Shown here piece by piece: positions 51,983 to 61,261 of a stretch of 64,000 bases of DNA. Under the pieces are notes generated by a model, which worked only from the letters and a program-made list of their open reading frames with translations, made no database searches and was not told where the DNA came from. The stretch's first letter is position 1. Every line of letters starts with the position of its first letter. The DNA is from a virus, in IMG/VR virus record IMGVR_UViG_3300035183_000460, positions 32,001-96,000 of that record; one strand, written 5' to 3'. A program made the position numbers and the translations under genes.

Positions 51983-54088
51983 GTGTATGAGATAAATGTA
52001 AAAATGTATAAAGAAAAAATTAAACAAATGGTACAAGATGGTTTTGCTAATAAAAGAATTGCAAAACTGTTATCTTTACCTACTAAAGAAGTTAAAAAAA
52101 TTGTTACGGAAAATAACTGGAAATTGCTAAATGAAGAATTCACAAATGATAAAATTGATCATATATGTGAATTATATAAACAAGGTGTATCATCTAAAGC
52201 ATTAGGAATTAAATACTCTATTGATAAAAGAAGAATTCAAAGGTGGGCAAAAAGTAAAAATATTTTGAGAGATAAAAGCCTATCACACAGATTTACACAT
52301 TTTAATCAAAATATTTTTGATGAAATTGATACCGAAGAAAAGGCATATTGGTTAGGATTTTTTTATGCAGATGCTTATAATTGTGATATAACAAATACAA
52401 TTTCATTATCATTACAAGTATTAGATAAAAACCATTTAGAAAAATTATCAAAATTTATTGATTTACCATCGGATAAGATAATTTATTATAAAAATAAAGA
52501 AGGTCATGAATATTTTACATTAAAAATGTATAGTAAGCATTTATCTGAAGTTTTAACCTCAAAAGGGTGTCCCAGAGCTAAAAGTTTTATTATTAAATAC
52601 CCATCTTGGTTATTACCTAGACTAAATGTGCATTTTATTAGAGGCATGTTTGATGGAGATGGTAGTTTAGCACGTAGGTTTAATAATGAATGGAAATGGT
52701 CATTAACTACTACTTTAGAATGTGGAGAGTATATACAAAAAATAATTTTTGATGAGTTAAATTTAATGGTTAATTTATCTTATATTTCAAAAACTGGAAA
52801 TAATACATATGAATTAGAAAGCAATGGAAATAAAAAAGTATTAATGTTATCAGAATGGTTATATAAAAATTCCACATATTCTACTAGATTAGATAGAAAA
52901 TATGAAAGATATTTGGAACTATTAGATCAACAAAATAATAAACATATAAATCAATTATCAAAAGAAAATTATATTATTATTGATGAAGGTAAATTTAAAG
53001 CAAATAATTTGAATGTTGATAGAAACAATAAAATGACTGTTTTTAATTATAAAAATAATAAAAATAAATCTATTTATAATAAAGTAGCTTCTATTAATGG
53101 ACAACCAATTACTGCTAAATATGTGAAAACATTAAATTATAATGAGAGGGAGGCATTAGTTGAGCCGTTATTTAATTATTTTAGGGCTCAAGGTTGGCTT
53201 TATCCAGATGATGATTCTAAACTACATAAAAGTTATAAAAAATTGTGTAATTGGACGCCTGATTTATCTACATGTGAATTATTTAATAATAATTCTTTAG
53301 CAACTGACATTTGTAAGTATTTTTGTCATAAATTTTATGATGCTACTGAACGTAATAAACCTACCATGAAAGAAATATTTCATGATGATGATAAATTAAA
53401 ATATCTTATTAGAAATAGACTTGGTCTTGATTGGTATGGTACAGGTAATGATGAAACGTTTAATATTTCTTTTAGAATGTTAATTCAAGGCATGAGGTCG
53501 TCAAGATTAGTTCCAAGTATTTCAATATTTAAACCAAATATTGCTAAATTTTTATATTTAAAATATTCTAGTGAAAATGATGTAGTTTATGATTATTCTG
53601 CAGGATGGGGAGGCAGAATGCTTGGAGCAACATCATGTAATAGAAGGTATATTGGAGTTGATCCATTTACAACAGATGAATTATCTAAAATGTCAGATTA
53701 TTTATCATTAAATAATGTTAAATTAATTAATGATGGTTCTGAAAATGTAAGATTAATGGAAAATAGTGTTGATTTTAGTTTCAGTAGTCCTCCATATTAT
53801 TCACAAGAATATTATTCTTCAGAATATACTCAAGCTTATAATAAAGGAGAAGATTATTTTTATAATACGTATTGGAAAAATACATTAGAGAACATTAAAT
53901 ATATGTTAAAGCCAGGTAAGTATTTTGGATTGAATGTTAAAAATTATCCAAAAATGGTTGATATGGCTAAGTATTATTTTGGAGACATTATTGAAGAAAT
54001 AAAATTAAAGACAGTTAGAAGCCATCTAAATAAAATGGCTGGTACTATTAAATATGAGCCTATTTATATATTTAAAAATATTAAATAA
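51983..54088 (+). CDS. LAGLIDADG endonuclease fused to amino-DNA methyltransferase
   Basis: AYWLGFFYADA / FIRGMFDGDG; C-half VYDYSAGWGGR (motif I), YIGVDP, FSSPPYY (motif IV), LKPGKYF. Confidence 0.85.
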   Translation: MYEINVKMYKEKIKQMVQDGFANKRIAKLLSLPTKEVKKIVTENNWKLLNEEFTNDKIDHICELYKQGVSSKALGIKYSIDKRRIQRWAKSKNILRDKSLSHRFTHFNQNIFDEIDTEEKAYWLGFFYADAYNCDITNTISLSLQVLDKNHLEKLSKFIDLPSDKIIYYKNKEGHEYFTLKMYSKHLSEVLTSKGCPRAKSFIIKYPSWLLPRLNVHFIRGMFDGDGSLARRFNNEWKWSLTTTLECGEYIQKIIFDELNLMVNLSYISKTGNNTYELESNGNKKVLMLSEWLYKNSTYSTRLDRKYERYLELLDQQNNKHINQLSKENYIIIDEGKFKANNLNVDRNNKMTVFNYKNNKNKSIYNKVASINGQPITAKYVKTLNYNEREALVEPLFNYFRAQGWLYPDDDSKLHKSYKKLCNWTPDLSTCELFNNNSLATDICKYFCHKFYDATERNKPTMKEIFHDDDKLKYLIRNRLGLDWYGTGNDETFNISFRMLIQGMRSSRLVPSISIFKPNIAKFLYLKYSSENDVVYDYSAGWGGRMLGATSCNRRYIGVDPFTTDELSKMSDYLSLNNVKLINDGSENVRLMENSVDFSFSSPPYYSQEYYSSEYTQAYNKGEDYFYNTYWKNTLENIKYMLKPGKYFGLNVKNYPKMVDMAKYYFGDIIEEIKLKTVRSHLNKMAGTIKYEPIYIFKNIK

Positions 54089-54256
54089 GTAATGTATGAT
54101 GTTATGCTAATAAAATCGTAAATTTTGTTGCTGTAATTTATTCTACGATATCCAATACCTACGAATCTAATAATATTAAGAAGTTATAGCATATCAGTAT
54201 TCATTGATAATATTAATAATCTTGTATTAATAAGTAGTTCAACTTTTAGTAATAGC

Positions 54257-54961
54257 ATGAATATCGAAGACTTTTCAGAATTATATTTATTAGTTTTTGG
54301 AAGTTCTAAAGATATATACTCTCGTAAAGAGTCTATTTCTTTAAGAAAAGATAGTTTAAATTCACTAATTAATAGTGGATTTAAGAAAATTGCTTTCGAT
54401 ACTAGAAGAATTAATCAAGAAATAGATTTTAATCCGCGCCGTGGTTTGCAAAATTATCATCGTAGCGAAAAGTTTATTTCAGAAGCAACTTCTCAAAAAA
54501 TCAAAAATTTTCTTAAATTAAAAAAAGTATTACAGGATTTAAAAGATAAATATGGTAGAGAGCCTGAATGGCAAGATAGTTATGCTCGCGTATTATTAAA
54601 TGCATTGGAAAAATCGTTAAGAATTGAAGAAAAAGATGGAGATTATGCTGAAGGACAACCAGGCATAGGAAGTTTCGATTATTTAGAAGAATTGCTTTAT
54701 GTTAGATATAGATTAGATATGAATAATATACAATCTATGTCTGAGGAAAAATTGAAGAAAGTAATTTTAGATAAAGATGAAAATTTGACACATACAGATC
54801 CTAATGCTGCTACAACTTGTGAAATATCTAAGCGAGATATTGCTACTCAATCATATGATACGTTATTAGAAAAATTATTTGGTGGAGTTAAAGCTACAGC
54901 TGAAAATCCTGAAGTTGAGCGAACTGTAACTATTACAATTAGAGACAAATTTGTGGGATAA
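54257..54961 (+). CDS. Hypothetical protein
   Basis: FKKIAF motif at ~aa 45. Confidence 0.7.
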   Translation: MNIEDFSELYLLVFGSSKDIYSRKESISLRKDSLNSLINSGFKKIAFDTRRINQEIDFNPRRGLQNYHRSEKFISEATSQKIKNFLKLKKVLQDLKDKYGREPEWQDSYARVLLNALEKSLRIEEKDGDYAEGQPGIGSFDYLEELLYVRYRLDMNNIQSMSEEKLKKVILDKDENLTHTDPNAATTCEISKRDIATQSYDTLLEKLFGGVKATAENPEVERTVTITIRDKFVG

Positions 54962-54964
54962 ATT

Positions 54965-55594
54965 ATGAGTGGCTTAGACGACTTCGCTCCGTATCGTAAA
55001 AAATATGGATGTTTTACAGTTTTAAATATTTCTCATTTAAATCAGAATTATGGTCCATATAGAAAAAAAGTAGTTAAAATTTTTAATTATCCAATTTTAC
55101 CTGGACACACCAGAGACTTATTAGCAATTCCTGGAGTTTCAGAAGCTGATATTAGAGCTTCTTTATTAAAAGGAGAAATTCGTCATAAGATATTAGCTCA
55201 AGATATTATAGTAGTTTGTAGTGATATTGATTTATTACAATTTAATAATGACCAAAAGCAATTTTTAATGCAAGCCGGAATAACCAACGGTTTGGAAATT
55301 AATATACCACCAGGTAATTTATCTTATGCTTGGAGAGAAAAAATACCATTAATTGGATTAAGGAACGGTATTAATAGAATATTTTTTACACCAGATAAAT
55401 TTATTAATGGTTCATATAATGGAAATATATTTCATATATCTATAGAGCATAATGGTAAAGCATTATATGAAGGAATAGATTTTAATATAAAGGAATCTGG
55501 AGGTTTAGGCACTGGTTATGATACTATAGAGATGTTTTCTCTAACACCAAATTCACATAGTTTATTGTTTGCAACATATGCGATAAAAATTTAA
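54965..55594 (+). CDS. Putative virion structural protein
   Basis: C-terminal G..NG.N..F....HNG..L.EG.DF beta domain common in phage structural proteins. Confidence 0.55.
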   Translation: MSGLDDFAPYRKKYGCFTVLNISHLNQNYGPYRKKVVKIFNYPILPGHTRDLLAIPGVSEADIRASLLKGEIRHKILAQDIIVVCSDIDLLQFNNDQKQFLMQAGITNGLEINIPPGNLSYAWREKIPLIGLRNGINRIFFTPDKFINGSYNGNIFHISIEHNGKALYEGIDFNIKESGGLGTGYDTIEMFSLTPNSHSLLFATYAIKI

Positions 55595-55691
55595 TAAATT
55601 TAATAAACTATTATAATAATGTAATATACATATATAATAGTATAATATAAAGTTATAATTTTTTAATATCCTAAAAAAAGGGAAAATTATC

Positions 55692-57188
55692 ATGACTGCA
55701 TATGTGCGACAAAATGCGCTCGATCAAGCTCTTGATATAGCAGGTTCTTTGTTGCAGTCAGATACAAGAATCCTATCTAACGAGCCAGATGGTTATGGTG
55801 CCCCAGTTGCTGGACAATCAGGTACAGATGGATATGTATCAGCAGTTAACGCAGGTATTGCTACTATAACCGGTTTAACTGGTATGACTGTGCAATCTGT
55901 AGGTAGATTTTTAACTTTGGTAGATAGCTCAAATTCTGGTAACACCGGAACATTTTTGATTGTTGGTTATAATTCAGCCACTTCTGTTAATATTTCTAAT
56001 GCTAATGCAGTAGTTAATACTTCAAACCCAATAATTTGGACTGAAAGAAATCCATATACTTTAGAAGACGATCTTAATTTTGCTCGTACAGATCGAAGAT
56101 TAATTAAAGGTACTTCAACATTTTATAGCGATATTCCAACTTATCAGCGTCCAACTGCTATTGGTACTAACGTTCCTGCCAATTTAACAAATATTTCTGG
56201 TAAGACTTTGGATGCTCATGCATGGATAGTTAATAGAGTTTTTCGTGCTGATACTGTTGCAGTTGGTGATGGTTACACTACAATTACTGCAACTGGACAG
56301 TTACAATATGCTGATGCCATAGATAGGACTGGTATCCCAATTTGGGACGGATTTGATGCTGGAAATTGGGCAGCTACTTATGTAGAAATTATTAATCCTG
56401 TAACAGAAAATTCTTTAATTGCAGTTGGCGGATCAGTTGATGGTTATAGAATTTTTGGACGTACTCGTCAAGGAACAACTGGTGTTGAGCCAAATAGCGT
56501 AGAAATTGAGTTTAGAGCTGTTCCAATGGGTGCAGATATTTCAACATCTGTAGCTTATACTTGGGACGGTTATCAACCAACAGTAGTTGATTATTATTAT
56601 CCTTATCGAGAGAGAGCAGATCAATTAACGGAAACTGCTTTTAGAACAACATTAATAAATGGTTTGTTTGCAGATTCCAATAATTCCACTAATACAAACA
56701 GTATTTTACAGATTCTTGGATCTATTTCTGGAGATACTTATCTTACCGGCTTAACAAATACTGGCATTTATTATCCATTTAATAATTTGCCTGATGCAAC
56801 ACCTTCAGTTACTGAAGCATTAAATACACTTAATGCACAAATTGGCAATCGTAATTATACTGGAAACATTTTAACTGATGGTTATACTATTACTGCTTCA
56901 TTACAGCAATTAGCTGATGCAATAGCTTCTGCTAATTTTGTAAGAATTATTGAGCGCCTTACATCTGATATTGCTGCTAATACAGCACATACAATTCCTG
57001 GTGGAAATACATATACCCCTGATCCGACAAATAATGGACAGAATTTAATTGTATATACAAGAGGAATATTACGTGATCCTGGACCTGTAATTAATGGAAA
57101 TGATTATGCTGAAACTAGCACAACTCAAATCACATTCTATACAAAACAAAAATCAGGAGATCATATTAACTACTTTATTTACGCATAA
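55692..57188 (+). CDS. Virion structural protein (Thr/Gly/Asn-rich, fibre/whisker-like)
   Basis: Beta-rich composition, short coiled segments, six DGY motifs, own terminator. Confidence 0.6.
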   Translation: MTAYVRQNALDQALDIAGSLLQSDTRILSNEPDGYGAPVAGQSGTDGYVSAVNAGIATITGLTGMTVQSVGRFLTLVDSSNSGNTGTFLIVGYNSATSVNISNANAVVNTSNPIIWTERNPYTLEDDLNFARTDRRLIKGTSTFYSDIPTYQRPTAIGTNVPANLTNISGKTLDAHAWIVNRVFRADTVAVGDGYTTITATGQLQYADAIDRTGIPIWDGFDAGNWAATYVEIINPVTENSLIAVGGSVDGYRIFGRTRQGTTGVEPNSVEIEFRAVPMGADISTSVAYTWDGYQPTVVDYYYPYRERADQLTETAFRTTLINGLFADSNNSTNTNSILQILGSISGDTYLTGLTNTGIYYPFNNLPDATPSVTEALNTLNAQIGNRNYTGNILTDGYTITASLQQLADAIASANFVRIIERLTSDIAANTAHTIPGGNTYTPDPTNNGQNLIVYTRGILRDPGPVINGNDYAETSTTQITFYTKQKSGDHINYFIYA

Positions 57189-57196
57189 TAATTAAC

Positions 57197-57273
<77 letters not shown>

Positions 57274-57311
57274 GTAATAATATATACATATCTGATATAT
57301 TAAAAAAAAAG

Positions 57312-57530
57312 ATGAATTTAAAAAATCCAGATTTAACTTATAAACAAGTTTTTTCTACAAATTTGCAATGTTCTTCTGGACATATAGCTCCAATGAATTT
57401 TAAAATAGATGGTAATGAAGCGCCAACTAGATTTTTTGAAATTCATAAGGATACTATATATTTAGGAACTTTTTGTGAACCGTGTTTAATAATTGCAAAT
57501 TATATAGCCAAATTACAAAAAAAGAGGTAA
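57312..57530 (+). CDS. Small Zn-binding hypothetical protein
   Basis: C..GH ... CEPC. Confidence 0.6.
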   Translation: MNLKNPDLTYKQVFSTNLQCSSGHIAPMNFKIDGNEAPTRFFEIHKDTIYLGTFCEPCLIIANYIAKLQKKR

Positions 57531-57533
57531 GAA

Positions 57534-57944
57534 ATGGTATATGCTGATGAATTAGTTAAATTAAGAAAAAGAATGTTAGACGCTTTAAATTTAGGTGTTA
57601 TTGATACTAATTCTAAGGATATATATGAAGCAACTTTAATTCAAATTATGAATGAAGCTGAGCGCCAACGGCAAACATGTGTAGCTAGAGCCGAGGATCT
57701 AAGACGTCAAGCGGCTATTGCCGATGGACAAGCAGCAGCATTTACTCAAGTTGGAAGTATTGTGTATAATGTTCTAAATGGATATATTATTGTTGCTGAA
57801 AGACAAAAAAGAGAAGAGCAAGAACGTGCTGCTGAAATGGAAGAAAAGCGTGCAGCCATGGAAGCAGCAGCGCAGAATAAATCTGCAGAAGAATTGGAAA
57901 ATGATTCCACTATAGAAGTAACAAATAAACGTCGTAAAAAGTAA
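57534..57944 (+). CDS. Coiled-coil hypothetical protein
   Basis: SD gaggt; heptad-rich. Confidence 0.7.
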   Translation: MVYADELVKLRKRMLDALNLGVIDTNSKDIYEATLIQIMNEAERQRQTCVARAEDLRRQAAIADGQAAAFTQVGSIVYNVLNGYIIVAERQKREEQERAAEMEEKRAAMEAAAQNKSAEELENDSTIEVTNKRRKK

Positions 57945-57990
57945 TATTTTATTTAAAACATTCCATTCGATATTTTTGTATTATTATGAA

Positions 57991-59121
57991 ATGAATGGAA
58001 TTCGTAAGGAAGATTTAGTTGATTTAGATATTATTGATGCATCTGAACTTGCTTCAGATGGTTATTCTGTTTATTTAACAACTACATTAGTTTCAACTAC
58101 AAATGCCGGCAGTCTAGTTACTATTAATTTACCACAAGATGGTGAAGGGTTAATTACTGGTAAAGATCATCCATTATCACCAGGTGATAGAGTTTGGATA
58201 ACCGGAACTTCCGGTGGTTTAGCCGATGGATATTATATTTGTAATAATGTAATTTCTGATACAAGTTTTTCTGTAACATCTCCAATATTATCTTCTACTG
58301 GCGGTACAATATATTTTATGCATCCTGCAGGAGCATTTAATGTTGGATTTGATTTATCAAATTATACAGCAATACATGTAACTCATAAAAATGTTCAAGA
58401 GGCTATTCAAGATTTAGATTTAGCTATTTCTGGATCTGGTGGAGGAATAACTGCATCTCAACATGAAACATTAAGGCAACTTATACATTTAGCAGATGGT
58501 GTTGGTGGACCATTTGAAGGATTTGCAACTAATGCATATCGTGAAGTTTTACCAATTAATTCGGCTTTTCCAACATCCATTATTTGGTGGAAAAATGCTG
58601 CTAAAACACATAAATATGTGGAAAAAACTATTACGTTTAATACAAATAAAACTCCAGCACTTATTGAATGGAAAGTATATGGTACTGATGGATTTACTGT
58701 TTTAGCCACTGTCACAGATACGATAACTTATTCTGGTCCATTTGAATTATATAGAGTTCGTGGAATTATAGATAATACTATAGATTTTAGTAATCTAACA
58801 ATAGAATCTCATAAATATGTTAGGCAGCTTATACATTTAGCAGATGGTGTTGGTGGACCGTTTGAAGGATTTACTTCTGGAGCGTACAGGGAAATATTGC
58901 CTATGGCTAGCCCATTTCCTACCTCTATTATTTGGTACGATAATAACACTAAAACTAAAAAAATTGTTGAAAAAACAATTGTTTATAATACCAATAAAAC
59001 CGTATCATTAATAACTTGGAAAGTATATGACATTGATGGAATTACTGTATTAGCAACAGTTTCTGATAATATGACATACTCAGGTATATTTGAAAATAAT
59101 AGAACAAGATCGATAAGTTAA
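57991..59121 (+). CDS. Virion structural protein with tandem ~116-aa domain duplication
   Basis: H..(L/V)RQLIHLADGVGGPFEGF...FPTSIIW...VEKTI...WKVY occurs twice. Confidence 0.65.
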   Translation: MNGIRKEDLVDLDIIDASELASDGYSVYLTTTLVSTTNAGSLVTINLPQDGEGLITGKDHPLSPGDRVWITGTSGGLADGYYICNNVISDTSFSVTSPILSSTGGTIYFMHPAGAFNVGFDLSNYTAIHVTHKNVQEAIQDLDLAISGSGGGITASQHETLRQLIHLADGVGGPFEGFATNAYREVLPINSAFPTSIIWWKNAAKTHKYVEKTITFNTNKTPALIEWKVYGTDGFTVLATVTDTITYSGPFELYRVRGIIDNTIDFSNLTIESHKYVRQLIHLADGVGGPFEGFTSGAYREILPMASPFPTSIIWYDNNTKTKKIVEKTIVYNTNKTVSLITWKVYDIDGITVLATVSDNMTYSGIFENNRTRSIS

Positions 59122-59134
59122 AGGTAAATGATAA

Positions 59135-60487
59135 ATGGCAACTGATTCTCCCGTAGCAATATTATTTAATACTGATGGTTATGAAGTTAATGTCAGACCA
59201 AACGTTACAATACCATCCGGCACTAGCGCTATTATTGCTGGAGGTTCAGATTCAGGTACTGCAAGATTTTTATCTGTTGATTCTTCTGGTAGACCTATTA
59301 TTTCAGGAGCTGGTACAGCAGGAACACCTATTGGCGGAGTTGTTACTGTTCAAGGAATTTCTGGAGGTGTAGCAATACCTATTTCTGGCACTGTTACAGC
59401 ATCTAATCCATCAGTTGGCGCTAATGGATCACCTATACTAGGTTCTTCAACTCAAATTGGAGTTTCTGATGGAACTAATATTCAGGTGCCAAGATGTTAT
59501 GATTTAGATACAGGAAGTGGAACTCAATATAATTTAGGAGTTAATTTAAGAATTTCTGCAAATGGTGGATCAGTAGAATTTGGTACAAATACGAACCCTA
59601 TTCGTATTGATCCAACAGGTACTACAACGCAACCAATTTCTGGTACAATTACAGCCAATGCAGGAACTGGAAATTTTAATACTAATATTTCTCAGTATGG
59701 TGGCACTAATGTAGGCGCAGGAAATGCGATTCATGTGCAACCTGGAACTGGAGCAACTTTTAACATAGCTGGCACTGTATCTGCCACTCAATCTGGTATT
59801 TGGACAGTACAGCCAGGAAATACGGCAAATACTACTCCTTGGTTAACTACTATCAGTCAAGGTGGTAACTCTGCCGCTGTAAAACCAGCTTCTACGGCAG
59901 CTGTTTCAACTGATCCGGCTTTGGTAGTTGCAACATCTCCTAATAATACAACATTTATAAGACATAAAGAATTTGCTACTTTTACCGCGTTAGCTACAAA
60001 TGTTACTCTTGCTAGTAACAAATCACTATTATCAATTGGTAATGCTTCAGGTAGTACTGTTAAATGTAAAATTCTTGAAGTCTATATTATTAATGTTCAA
60101 TTGGTTGCTGTCACTGGCGTTGTAGTTAATTTTGAATTGCGAAGAGCAACCTCTCATACAGCAGGCACTCAAATTACAGCAATTGAAACAATGGAAACAA
60201 CAGATAGTCTTAATCCAAATATTACTGTTAGAACAAATGCAACTATTTCAGGTGAATCTTCTAATTTGCTTTGGCGTACACTATTTAGTTCTGATGAATG
60301 GGCTGCAGGAACATTAGACCTTGACGGTATGGATCATATAAATCAAGCACTGTTTCCAATTTATAGTAGAAAAGATCCATCTACTAAACCAATAACATTA
60401 AATGCAAATGAAGCGTTAACTATCAAATGTGCAACAAATACGACAGTTGGTACTTTTGATGTATTTGTTGTGTTTACTCAGGAATAA
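59135..60487 (+). CDS. Virion fibre/spike-like structural protein
   Basis: Gly/Thr-rich repeats (PISGT.TA) plus a beta-sandwich-like C domain. Confidence 0.6.
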   Translation: MATDSPVAILFNTDGYEVNVRPNVTIPSGTSAIIAGGSDSGTARFLSVDSSGRPIISGAGTAGTPIGGVVTVQGISGGVAIPISGTVTASNPSVGANGSPILGSSTQIGVSDGTNIQVPRCYDLDTGSGTQYNLGVNLRISANGGSVEFGTNTNPIRIDPTGTTTQPISGTITANAGTGNFNTNISQYGGTNVGAGNAIHVQPGTGATFNIAGTVSATQSGIWTVQPGNTANTTPWLTTISQGGNSAAVKPASTAAVSTDPALVVATSPNNTTFIRHKEFATFTALATNVTLASNKSLLSIGNASGSTVKCKILEVYIINVQLVAVTGVVVNFELRRATSHTAGTQITAIETMETTDSLNPNITVRTNATISGESSNLLWRTLFSSDEWAAGTLDLDGMDHINQALFPIYSRKDPSTKPITLNANEALTIKCATNTTVGTFDVFVVFTQE

Positions 60488-60492
60488 TTAAA

Positions 60493-61260
60493 ATGGTATC
60501 TTATAATGGTATAATAACGTTAAATGTATCTTGGTCTAGTTTAAAATCTATTGCTAGATCTAAAAATCTTAGTATTCAATACGAGCAAACTGAAAATGCT
60601 TATGAAATTTTTTGTTTAGATGGCAATGTTTGTTATAAGGCTATTATTTTTAAATTCTCTGTTCCTGATACAATTAATTTTAATCAAAGTACAAATGATG
60701 AAGACAAATTTGATTTTGAGACTAATTATAAAGATATTATTACTAATAAAAAAATTTCAGCAAATTATACTATTGCAACATACTCTGCTGTTGCTTTAAA
60801 CTTTGCACCACCAACTACTCCAACTGATATTTTTACCATTTCTGGTAGTGATAGTAAGATAGTATATGTTAATAGAATAGTTATTACAGGAACTCAAAAT
60901 TATGGTGCATTTAGAGACATTCTATTTATAAAAAGATCTACTAAAAATACTGGTGGTGCCTTTACTATATTAAAATCAATTCCATACGATTCTATTAGTC
61001 CTAATGCTACAGCGGAAGTTCGTGCATATACTGCAAATCCAATACTAGGAACCGCTATTGGAACAATTTTTGCAGCTAAAGTTTTTATTCCTAGTAATAA
61101 TGCTTTAGCATCACAAAATGATAAATATATAAATTTTGGTATAAATAATGGTAAACCGATTATTCTTAGAGGTACAAGTGAACTACTTGCAGTAAACTTA
61201 AATTCTATTACAAGTCCTGGTAACTTAATAAGTATAAGCATTGAATGGACAGAGGAATAA
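60493..61260 (+). CDS. Structural protein sharing domains with both neighbours
   Basis: N domain similar to 61262; C domain similar to the C-terminus of 59135. Confidence 0.6.
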   Translation: MVSYNGIITLNVSWSSLKSIARSKNLSIQYEQTENAYEIFCLDGNVCYKAIIFKFSVPDTINFNQSTNDEDKFDFETNYKDIITNKKISANYTIATYSAVALNFAPPTTPTDIFTISGSDSKIVYVNRIVITGTQNYGAFRDILFIKRSTKNTGGAFTILKSIPYDSISPNATAEVRAYTANPILGTAIGTIFAAKVFIPSNNALASQNDKYINFGINNGKPIILRGTSELLAVNLNSITSPGNLISISIEWTEE

Positions 61261-61261
61261 T

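Noticed and set aside
16989-55630. AATAAT-N4-TATT as a late promoter (e.g. 30397, 47676, 54215)
   Set aside because: Suggestive, but indistinguishable by eye from the AT-rich background
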